64,000 bases of DNA from a bacterium (lineage in GTDB: Bacteria > UBA8248 > JACPRG01 > G963555815). The notes beneath the pieces were generated by a model. The model was not told the DNA's origin. It worked only from the letters and a program-made list of their open reading frames with translations, and did not search any database. Below are positions 21,126 through 29,942 of the stretch, in pieces. Within the stretch, counting starts at the first letter, position 1; each line of letters starts with the position of its first letter. The translations under genes and the position numbers were made by a program. The DNA lies in contig CBDHDG010000006.1 in the NCBI GenBank assembly GCA_965261595.1, positions 1,664,001 through 1,728,000 on the forward strand. The letters run 5' to 3'.

Positions 21126-21542
21126 ATGAAATTCCGCCTTCACAGACGTCCGGCAGTGCTCCAGAACCTTCTTCCCCTCATCGACGTCGTTCTCCTGCTA
21201 TTAATATTCTTCATGGTTTCTTCGACGTTTGTCCTACAACCGGGAATCCAGGTCAGCCTCCCGAAATCCACCATCGCCGAACGCCGGGAGCCGGAGGACG
21301 TGACGCTCATCCTGACCCGTGAGAAGGCCCTGTACTTGAATGATCGCAGGGTGACCGTGCCCGAGTTGTGGGGCCGGCTGGTGGACATGTATCGAAGGCG
21401 GCCCGACTTCATGTTGGTCATCAAGGCGGATCGGCAGGTCCCTCATGGGAGTGTGGTGGAAGTGATGGACATCGCCAAGCAGGCGGGTGTCCGCCGCCTG
21501 GCCATCGCCACTCGGCCCAAGAAGCAGGAAGCCAAACGGTGA
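21126..21542 (+). CDS. exbD: ExbD/TolR biopolymer transporter
   Basis: PLIDVVLLLLIFFMV, IKAD..VPHG.VV.VMD. Confidence 0.9.
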   Translation: MKFRLHRRPAVLQNLLPLIDVVLLLLIFFMVSSTFVLQPGIQVSLPKSTIAERREPEDVTLILTREKALYLNDRRVTVPELWGRLVDMYRRRPDFMLVIKADRQVPHGSVVEVMDIAKQAGVRRLAIATRPKKQEAKR

Positions 21543-22447
21543 GATTGCGGTGGGGATTTTGGGCTGGCGTGGGGGCTTCGATTGCCGTCCATGTCGGGTT
21601 CATGGTGATTGTGCCTCCGCCCGAGCCCCAGGCGGTGATGAGGACGCCGATGCACGTGGTCGAGCTTCGGAGGATGCGGATCCCGGTTCCGACCCCCCCC
21701 CCCCCCCCGAGCCCGCGGGAGCGTCCCGAACGGGAGCCGGTCGTCGGGCCGCCTCCTCCGCTCCCGCCTCCTCCGCCGGCCGCCTCGCCTCCCGTCGCGG
21801 CGCTGCGCCTGGAGGAGATGGTCCGGGCGGCCCGTCCGCCTGATTTCAAGGCCCCCCTTCCGATCCCGTCCGCCTTTGTGTTCGCCGACCGATTGGGGAA
21901 GACCCCGGTGGTCGCGCCGAAGGTTTTCAGTCACGCGAAATTGCCGCGTGGGACCCCGGGCGGATCGCCGCCGGTCGGCCGGTTCAAGATCCCGTCCGTC
22001 CGGTCCGGCGCGGCGGGGAGGCGGTCGGACGGGTTGCGAGCTCTTCGGAAGCGATTGATTCGGCAGGAGCTTCTCAAGGCTTCAGAGGCCGAGCCGGAGG
22101 AATTGGAGATCCGGGGCCCCGTCGCCGGGCGAGAATTGGTTTACCGGCCTCCGCCCCCCACCCCATTCCGCGGTGCGGAAGGCGAGATCAAGTTGAAATT
22201 CTGGGTGCTTCCCGATGGGACCGTGGGGCGGATTGTTCTCCTGGTCCGGGGGGACTCGTCCCTCGAGACGACCGCCATCGGGAATCTCAAGCGATGGAAA
22301 TTCAACACCCTCCCTCCCGGCGCCCGGGTTCCCGAGCAGTGGGGGACGATACGGTTCCGGTTCCTTTCCGGCGCGGCGATTTCGCCCATCGCCCCGGGGG
22401 TGCGCGTGCTGAAACCCAAGGTTCTCCGAGAGCTTCCCCTTCCCTGA
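21539..22447 (+). CDS. tonB: TonB family energy transducer
   Basis: N-terminal TM with SIAVH, proline-rich linker, C-terminal TonB domain (LKFWVLPDGTV...WKF). Confidence 0.75.
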   Translation: MRLRWGFWAGVGASIAVHVGFMVIVPPPEPQAVMRTPMHVVELRRMRIPVPTPPPPPSPRERPEREPVVGPPPPLPPPPPAASPPVAALRLEEMVRAARPPDFKAPLPIPSAFVFADRLGKTPVVAPKVFSHAKLPRGTPGGSPPVGRFKIPSVRSGAAGRRSDGLRALRKRLIRQELLKASEAEPEELEIRGPVAGRELVYRPPPPTPFRGAEGEIKLKFWVLPDGTVGRIVLLVRGDSSLETTAIGNLKRWKFNTLPPGARVPEQWGTIRFRFLSGAAISPIAPGVRVLKPKVLRELPLP

Positions 22448-22486
22448 GTCTCATCCGATGACGGATTCAGGGGTGCTCCCGCGGGG

Positions 22487-23839
22487 CTACGTCGGGGCGG
22501 TGCGGCTGATGACCTCGGCCGAGTCTCGTCGGATGTTGGTGTAATGGGAATCCCGCCGGGGATAGCCCATGCGGATGAGAAACAGGGGCTCGTAGGCGTC
22601 CGGAATGTCGAGAATTTCCCGAAGCGCGGCCTTGGGCTTTTCCTGGACGATGATGGAGGTTTGAAACTGAACGCCGGCGCCCAGGGCCGCGGCGGTCAGC
22701 CACAGCGCTTGGATCCCCGCCCCCACGCCGTTGAGGATCCGCCGCCGGAAGGGATCGTCGGCCGCAAACCGGCCCGTGGAGTTTTCGATGACCCCCGTCA
22801 GGTAGGCGCCGGTCGTCTCGGGGGACGTCTCGGCCTCGCGCAGCATGATCCGGTGCGCTCCCAGGGCCATGGCCAGCGGGGCGAGGGCGGTTTTCAGACC
22901 GAGTCGCGCGAGCGTCCTTTTCACCCCGGTCAACCCGAAGTGACCGACCCACTCCCCATCTCCCCGCCGCTTCCATTCCTTTTTCTGAAAGCGCAACCAT
23001 CCGCAGGTCTCCCGAAACCGCCCCCGGTCCCCGGTCGCCTGTTTCCAGGCGCGCTCTTGAAGCCGGGTCAGCTCCATGGTGTTTCCGGATTCCTCCGCCA
23101 GGACGAGCGCCGCCTCCATCGCCCCGTGAGCATCGATGGCCCGGCGGGCTGCGGAAAGCATCCGCACGCTGTCTTCCGGCCAGGGATCGGTCCGCAACAT
23201 CGGCGCCCGGTCGGTTTGACGCGACCGGATGCAATCCAGGGCCTCCATTCCATCGGCGTGTTGGGGCCGTGGCTGAATGTGGACGGGCTTGGCTTTGAAT
23301 GAATCCAGGTGGTAGACGGCGGGGGCGGGTCGCGATGCGTTTTGGGGGTCGCCGGATCTCCCGATTCCGAAGAGGAGATACGGTTCCAGGTTGTCCGGGA
23401 AGGAGAAGCTCACGGGACGCCAGGATTTCACGATTCGATCGGAGGGTCCCCGGACGTTGCAGGCCAGACCCAATGCCGCCGAGGCCGCTTGGATGTTTAG
23501 GCACGCCGTGCCGAGGGCGATGTAGGATTCGGAGCCCAGCGGGTCGGCGACGGGCAGCATCCGGTTTCGGTCTAGATGACAGAGGATCCACGCCCGCCCA
23601 TCCGCGAGATCCTTCTCTTCAGGAACGGCGGAGAAGGCCCGGGCCGCCTCTTGTCGGCAGCCGGGCGCGCGCAGGACCTGGAAGTGCCAGGGTTGTGTGT
23701 TGTACGCCGAAGCGGCCCAGCGGGCGGCCTCCAGAATCTTGTTCATCTGTTCTTCGGACGGCGCGCCGCCGTCCGGTGGAGCCGCGCCGCCATTGCCGGG
23801 CGGGGCCAACCCTCTTTCGATGGCCTCGAAGATGTCCAT
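22487..23839 (-). CDS. Two-domain nitroreductase-family protein
   Basis: ILEAARWAASAYNTQPWHF; second domain CIRSRQTDR...QALWLTAAALG...IRMGYP. Confidence 0.75.
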   Translation of the reverse strand: MDIFEAIERGLAPPGNGGAAPPDGGAPSEEQMNKILEAARWAASAYNTQPWHFQVLRAPGCRQEAARAFSAVPEEKDLADGRAWILCHLDRNRMLPVADPLGSESYIALGTACLNIQAASAALGLACNVRGPSDRIVKSWRPVSFSFPDNLEPYLLFGIGRSGDPQNASRPAPAVYHLDSFKAKPVHIQPRPQHADGMEALDCIRSRQTDRAPMLRTDPWPEDSVRMLSAARRAIDAHGAMEAALVLAEESGNTMELTRLQERAWKQATGDRGRFRETCGWLRFQKKEWKRRGDGEWVGHFGLTGVKRTLARLGLKTALAPLAMALGAHRIMLREAETSPETTGAYLTGVIENSTGRFAADDPFRRRILNGVGAGIQALWLTAAALGAGVQFQTSIIVQEKPKAALREILDIPDAYEPLFLIRMGYPRRDSHYTNIRRDSAEVISRTAPT

Positions 23840-24122
23840 GTGCGCAATTCTACCAGACAAGGCCGGGCGCGAGTGGAGAGAGCCGACGCGGCTTGTTCGC
23901 CCTTTCCTCGAATAAATCGCCATTCACGCGGAAAAAGGGGGGGGGATTCGACGTTGTGGAAGAGACGCTCGCGCTTCCCCAAGTCGACGAAACGCCGGGT
24001 CCGGTTCGCCTTGGACGGAGTCGCGATAGGTTTGGGGATTCCGGTGGACCATGGAACCATGAATCCCCGGCGCGCGCGAAGGCGGCGCCGGCGGTCGAAT
24101 GAGTCTATGAACGAGTTCTATC

Positions 24123-24977
24123 TCACTCGGAAGGCGCGCTTGCCGGCTTCGCCGGCTTTTGCGGTGTTTCGATGATTTCCGTGACCATGCCGTCCACAAT
24201 CCTGATCAGAAACCGCTGAACTTCTTCCCCCCCCTCCACATAACCGAAGGGCATCAACGTCAAGCTCCCGGTGGGGGTTGTGACGGACTCGAACCCGGGG
24301 CCCCACAGAAACCCGTCGGCAAAGTATACGTACCCGTAGAAGGATTGATAGAAGGCGCCGCCCAGGTGATAGCGAAGCTCTCCGGCGGTCATTCCGGCGC
24401 GCACCTTCGCGATGGCCCGCTCGGCCCGGGCGAAGGCCGCCCGGGTGAGGCGGGTCGTTTCGAGGTGCTTCCGGATCGACCGGTTTTCCTCTTCCCGGGT
24501 CGGGTCCTTCCTTAAAACGGGCGGGGATCCCCGCAACGTGGAAGGCTCCGGCCGGGGCATGTCCAGTACGGCCCGGACCTTTCCATTTTTCAAGATAACC
24601 AGGGTTCGCTCGACCACGCGCCAGCCTTCATGATAGCCGAAGGAATATTCCTCGATGAGATCGCCCGCGCCGCCCCGCAGGTGGTTCTTCCGGCTGAGGC
24701 CCGTCAGCCAGCCGTCACCGCCCGAGAAGGTCGTGTACCACTCCTCCCCCGGATAACGGCGAAGTCCCAGGGCCCGGACGAAGGCCTCCCGGCTCATTCC
24801 CGGCCGAACCCGTCTCAGACGCTCTTGCGCCATCAGATAGGCCCCGTATTCGGGATTATTGCCGACGCTCACATGTCGCCTTTCCCGCGGATTGCCTTCG
24901 ACACTCCACCACGACTGTCCGCAACCCGAGAGAGAGAGGATCAGCAACACGCACAAAAAAATGTTTGGAAAAGTCAT
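24123..24977 (-). CDS. Hypothetical lipoprotein with two internal repeats
   Basis: Lipobox LSGC; repeated VRPGMSRE / VRAGMTAGE modules. Confidence 0.65.
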   Translation of the reverse strand: MTFPNIFLCVLLILSLSGCGQSWWSVEGNPRERRHVSVGNNPEYGAYLMAQERLRRVRPGMSREAFVRALGLRRYPGEEWYTTFSGGDGWLTGLSRKNHLRGGAGDLIEEYSFGYHEGWRVVERTLVILKNGKVRAVLDMPRPEPSTLRGSPPVLRKDPTREEENRSIRKHLETTRLTRAAFARAERAIAKVRAGMTAGELRYHLGGAFYQSFYGYVYFADGFLWGPGFESVTTPTGSLTLMPFGYVEGGEEVQRFLIRIVDGMVTEIIETPQKPAKPASAPSE

Positions 24978-24993
24978 GGTCGGATTCTTTTCG

Positions 24994-25425
24994 TCAGAGG
25001 GTTTTGGGGAGAAACCTCCGGCGCACGCGCGCCATGTAGCTTTGATACCGCGGGTCCGAAAGGAGAAACCGCTCCTCGGCCAAGGCCCGAAGCGGCAGTC
25101 CGATGAAAAGGGCCGACACAATGACCCAGTTTCGGGCCAGGGGGTTTTCCAGGACTATGCCGAGAAAGAAACAAAGCTCCCCCGTGTACATGGGATGCCT
25201 CACCCACCCATAAAGGCCTCGATCGGTCAGGCCCCGATCCGCGGGAACCAGTCCAAAGCTGCGGCCCAGTTTCCGCACTCCCCGTGGCTCATGGGTGCTG
25301 CCCTCGGACATCTCTTTCACCTTTTCCTCGATCAAGCCACGAACATTCGAGGGTTCAGGCCCCATTATTTCCTCTGTTACCGGGCCTATCACAACTTCTC
25401 CGCCGCTAACCTTTTCCGTGCTCAT
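24994..25425 (-). CDS. Isoprenylcysteine carboxyl methyltransferase-family protein, lacking N-terminal TM helices (possibly internally deleted)
   Basis: LGRSFG, GLYGWVRHPMYTG, AEERFL, Y..Y...V..RFLP. Confidence 0.7.
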   Translation of the reverse strand: MSTEKVSGGEVVIGPVTEEIMGPEPSNVRGLIEEKVKEMSEGSTHEPRGVRKLGRSFGLVPADRGLTDRGLYGWVRHPMYTGELCFFLGIVLENPLARNWVIVSALFIGLPLRALAEERFLLSDPRYQSYMARVRRRFLPKTL

Positions 25426-25602
25426 CCCGCCCGCGCGGCCGAAGCCCGACTTGTCTCGGGCGACAGATCTCCGGCCACCACCTCAAGGGTGTAGCTCACA
25501 CGGTTTCGGGTCTTTCGGTTCCGCCCCAGGGACCGGGGGGGAAGGGGGGCCGTTCGGACCGTCCTGACCGCTTCTCCACGTCCGGCCCTTCTCTTCACAC
25601 GC

Positions 25603-27393
25603 TCAATTTCCCGGAAATGAAAAGACCGGCTTGAGCGGTCTGGTTTTCAGACCGCCCCGCCGCGCCCTGGCGATCAGTCCGGGATAGCGGTTTCTCCGGA
25701 TAAAAATCACGGCGTTTTCGGGAAGAGGACTCGCGTAAATCAGCGCGAAGTCGGTCCGCGCCTTCATGCGATCGAGCATGGGCCATTTCTTTCCCATCAA
25801 GACCACGTCCGTGGGATACCGGTCCAGGAGGTCGTTCCAGGAAATTCGCTCCGCGCCCGGCAGGAACGCCTTTCCGTAATGGAATGCCATATAGGCCTGT
25901 TCGGCCCCGGGCGGATAGACGTTCCGGTAGCGGCCGTCATAGGCGAGCAGGTTATGGGCGGGTTTACCGGCGGCCGAGTCGGGACCCAGGCGCCACAGGA
26001 CGAACTGAGCCCAATTGAACCAGACCGCCAGGTTCCCGCGAATCCCGTTATCGCGGATGAATTGAACCGCCCGCATGGGGAAATGGGCGGTCTTCATCGG
26101 GATGCGCCAGGGGGTGTAGACGCCGTACAGGGCGCCCGCCGCCGTGACGCCGAGGATCAGGGCAAAGACGAGCGCCGTCTTCATGACCCGCTGGGCGCGT
26201 CGACCGGGCAGGTTGGGTGGGGGGAGGGGGAGATGAGAGAGAGGGGGGGAGTTGCCGCGCGTCCACCGGGCGCGAATCGCGCTTTCCAGATGCTTGGGAA
26301 TGAACATCGCGGCGGCAATGCAGAAGAACACCGTATGCCGGATGTGGACAAGCCCGCCGATGACCAGCCCCGCCAGGAGAAGGACCTCGAAGGCGTCCCT
26401 TCGCCGGCGGGTGAAAATCAACGACCCGGCCGAGATGAGCAGAATCACCTTGAAGAAGGGGAAATCCACATCCACGTAGGGGAACCGGCCGGTGAAGAAC
26501 TTGAGCGGGACCCACTCGGCCATCACGATGGGGCGGGGGGTTGTCTGATCGAACCACAGCCAGCGGTAGAGCTCCCGTCCGTACGGGTTTGATCAGGGTG
26601 ACCAGCGCGCTTGCCAGGAAGGCGGCGGCCGTCCAGACAAGCAACCGGCGGGTCGATTCCGCGAGGGCGGCGTCTTGCCGCGCGAACAGCAGACGCAAAC
26701 CCGTCACCCCGGTCAGCAGCCCGATGACGACGAGGCCGGCTAGGAACCCGCCGTGGGTGTTGGCCCACAGGAGCATCAAGGGGACCCAGGCCAAGGTCCA
26801 CGTGGGGTTCAGGCTTCGAGTCAGGTGAGTCCGGGAGATCAGGGCAAGGAGCAGTGTGAAGAGGAAGAAGGTGAACAACTGCGGCCGAAAGGCCATCACC
26901 GGGGCGATTCCGCCCCATGCGAGGGTGAACATGACGACGACCTCCAGCAGGTTGCGCGTCGTCGCCCGTCCCACCCGGAGGATGCAGGCGAGAAGCCCCG
27001 CCACCAGGAGCAAGCGGAAGAGCCAAAGGCCGAAGGCGCCCCAGTGCGTCCAGGCGAAGGCGATGAGAATCTGGCTGAGCCAAGCGTGGCGGACCCACTC
27101 AAAAACGGGGTTGATCGGCTCATGGAACCGGAGGGTGTAGGACATAGGGGTCCGCCCACAAGAATTGACCGCTCTGGAGCGTGTATTGGCCAAAACGGAT
27201 GTGGCCCCAGAGGTCCGGGTCGGGTGAAGCGACCTGCATGCCCAGGGCGAGACAACCGCCGATGAGAAGGCAAACGAGGAAAAAGGAATTCAGGTCAACG
27301 CGGTCGAACCGGGATATCCACTTTGCGGCGGCGGGGGGGGGGCGCGAAGAACGAGATGAATCAGACGGGCTCACGGGCGCGCGTGCCTTTCGA
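25603..27393 (-). pseudogene. Multi-TM membrane protein (GT-C-like glycosyltransferase family), two frameshifts
   Basis: DPDLWGHIRFG, DPYSYT (extra G ~27143), WLSQ, RPQLF, LWANTHGGF, LINPYG (extra A ~26588), YDGR; start uncertain. Confidence 0.7.
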
Positions 27394-27687
27394 AGATATC
27401 TCAACGGGGGCGGGCGCGACGTGCGCGGAACCCTCTCGGACCGCCGAGGGGCCGCCGCGGACTTCGATTCCTTCAGCGAAAATAACGATTGGGCGTCGGA
27501 GAAGGGCCGCGGGGCGAGGCGATGTCCGAAATCCCCGGAAACCCGGGAGCGCGGCAAGAATTCACCGTGTTCCTTACCGTTCCGTTCGGGATTCATACTC
27601 CCGATGTCGGCGGTTGTCCCTGAGGATGTGAAGAATCAAGGCAATCGGAATTATGCCCTTGACAAAGTAGGCCACAAGGTCTATATT

Positions 27688-27858
27688 CTAGGGTATGGCT
27701 GATTCATCGTTCACTTCAGCGTCTTTCGACCTTTCGCCCACAATCTTGTCTACTTCCTTCATAACCCGTTTTCCGAATATCTTCTCCATAAAATCATGGC
27801 CCGAAAGTTCGAGGTCTTCCTTTTTCAGTTCGTCTTTCTCTTTGGGGGATTGACCCAT
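27688..27858 (-). CDS. Small hypothetical protein divergent from the IS1595 transposase
   Basis: 56-aa charged ORF MGQSPKEKDEL...; start codon overlaps the transposase ATG (CATG). Confidence 0.4.
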   Translation of the reverse strand: MGQSPKEKDELKKEDLELSGHDFMEKIFGKRVMKEVDKIVGERSKDAEVNDESAIP

Positions 27859-28747
27859 GGACATGAACCTCGTTTCCTTGATGGACCGCTTCAACTGCGA
27901 TAAAAAGTGCCGAAAGGCCCTGGAGCATATCCGGTGGCCCAATGGTGTCGCCTGCACCCGTTGCGGCGATATGGACGTTCTTCCTCTTCCCAAACACTGC
28001 CGATGGGAATGTAAGTCATGCGGCTACCAGTTCAGCGTCATGTCGGGGACCATCATGCACGATTCTCATCTTGCCCTTCGCAAGTGGTTCCTGGCGATCT
28101 ACCTGATGTGCGAGTCGAAGAAGGGGATTTCCGCCCTTCAGATGAAGAGAACGCTTGGGACAACCTACCGGACGGCCTGGCACCTGTGCCACCGAATCCG
28201 CGAGGCGATGGGCAATGATCCGTTTGAGGGGCCTACGCTTCTCGGAGTGGTAGAGGTCGATGAAACGCTTGTGGGAGGCAAGAAGAAGGGCAAGGGCCGT
28301 GCCTACAAGGGCAACAAGGTTTGGGTCGCAGGAGCCATCCAGCGAGGCGGCAAGGTCCGGGTCGAGCGTATCTCCGACGTGAAACGTCACACGCTCCATG
28401 GATTCATTAGCCGCGCCGTTCGGGACGAAGCCGAGGCCATCTATACGGACGAATTGAAGTCCTACCTGGGAATTGCCGACAACAATACGCGCCATGAGAC
28501 GGTCAACCATTCAGCCGAACAATGGGTCATTGGCGAAGTTCACACCAACAGTATAGAAGGTGTTTGGAGCCTATTCAAGCGTTCCCTGATGGGTGCGTTC
28601 CACAAGATGAGCGCGAAGCACATGGACCGCTACCTCGAAGAGCTTGAATGGCGGTTCAACAACCGGAACAACCCGAATCTATTCCAAGATACCCTTGCCC
28701 GCATTATGGACACTAAGAATCTGACTTATCGGGAGTTGGTGGCTTAA
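27857..28747 (+). CDS. IS1595-family transposase
   Basis: Zn ribbon CTRC/CKSC, VEVDET, IYTDE, VNHS, HTNSIEGVWSLFKR, YLEE..WRFN. Confidence 0.95.
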   Translation: MDMNLVSLMDRFNCDKKCRKALEHIRWPNGVACTRCGDMDVLPLPKHCRWECKSCGYQFSVMSGTIMHDSHLALRKWFLAIYLMCESKKGISALQMKRTLGTTYRTAWHLCHRIREAMGNDPFEGPTLLGVVEVDETLVGGKKKGKGRAYKGNKVWVAGAIQRGGKVRVERISDVKRHTLHGFISRAVRDEAEAIYTDELKSYLGIADNNTRHETVNHSAEQWVIGEVHTNSIEGVWSLFKRSLMGAFHKMSAKHMDRYLEELEWRFNNRNNPNLFQDTLARIMDTKNLTYRELVA

Positions 28748-29412
28748 GTCTTCCACGGTTTCCCTCGTCATTAACAGACTCTGGTGGAAGTTGTATATGC
28801 AAGAGGAATAATGGAACATCACCAATTTTCTCTGCATACCTGCGCAAGGCCTTTATAGACACTTGTTGATTGTCTCCGGGGATCTTTTCCTGAACTCCTG
28901 CAAAAGTCTCCAGAAACCCTGGAATCCCCCCCCCAATTACTTGACAAATCTTTGACGATAATGGCATCCTTGAGCTGGCTTAACATAACCTTGATCCTTG
29001 GATCTTTTGTTGCCTGATGAGGATCTATGGAAAACCACAAACAAGCCGCCTGAGACAATGATAGATTTTTGTGTTTTTGGTATAATGAAACATCTACCTC
29101 TATGGGTTCTTCACCTGGAGCTACAGTATCTGTGTGGATGCACTCATCGATCTTCTTGTCTAAACGTTCCACCTCGAGACGAAAAGGCGCCATTAACAAG
29201 TTCCATAGGAATGTTGGAACGATAGCCACCAATATGAATATGATAGCGATCACAATATTATCCGTCATTTCTGAACTAGCCTTTTCTTCTTCTCCGATAT
29301 AGCTGAGTAGCAAAATAAATATCGCAGGAACGAGAACCAACACAAGGACGGTTCCAAATGACAACCCAAAACTCTTCCACGTGTCAATACACGCTTTCTT
29401 AAAGATTTCCAT
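28713..29412 (-). CDS. IS1595 passenger, AT-rich membrane-anchored hypothetical protein, probable frameshift in poly-C at ~28926-28934
   Basis: ORF 28819-29412 (two TM segments, AACLW) likely continues into frame 28713-28967. Confidence 0.6.
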
Positions 29413-29942
29413 GCAACAAAACTACACATGGGATCGGGCTTTGTCAAGGGCATAATTCCGAAGGCAATGGTCACCGCCAACAGCCAAAAGACCACCGTAG
29501 CTAATCCCACGTTTCATCCTCCATGATCAGGATATTCGGTTCAAGTCCGGAGCTTACGACGCTTGGTTTCCACGGCCGGGGTTCGATCCGGACCCCGGCG
29601 ACGTTTCTCAGAGATCCTCTTCCCGCGCAACGACGCCCGAGGTCATGTTCCCGCTGATCATCTTATCAGGACTTTCGTTCTCACCGAGAGACAAGGGGGG
29701 ATGGGCCGCTTCTCGACCGATCCTGGAACTCCTGACTTCCCAACTCACCGGATGATCAACAACGACATTCCTATATATTTGGAAGCCGCCCTGGCGCAAG
29801 TGATCTCTGGGAGTAGTCGAATATTAATGAATAACCAACCGGCTCGGTCGTGGGGACCATGGAGGGGGGCGCGTCGTTCTCGATCCTGTTTGCGAGAGGG
29901 CGGAAATCGTCCCCGGCGGAAGGCGTCAGCCGCCGGTCGTCT

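Larger units (their letters stand above)
27646..29460 (+). mobile_element. Complete IS1595-family element with passenger gene
   Basis: Perfect 22-bp TIRs CGGAATTATGCCCTTGACAAAG (27646-27667, rc 29439-29460); 8-bp TSD AAGGCAAT (27638-27645, 29461-29468). Confidence 0.95.
27574..29510 (-). pseudogene. 37-aa single-TM protein gene interrupted by IS1595
   Basis: Removing the IS and one TSD gives GGAGG RBS, GTG 29510 and MGLATVVFWLLAVTIALILHILRDNRRHREYESRTER, TAA at 27574-27576. Confidence 0.6.
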
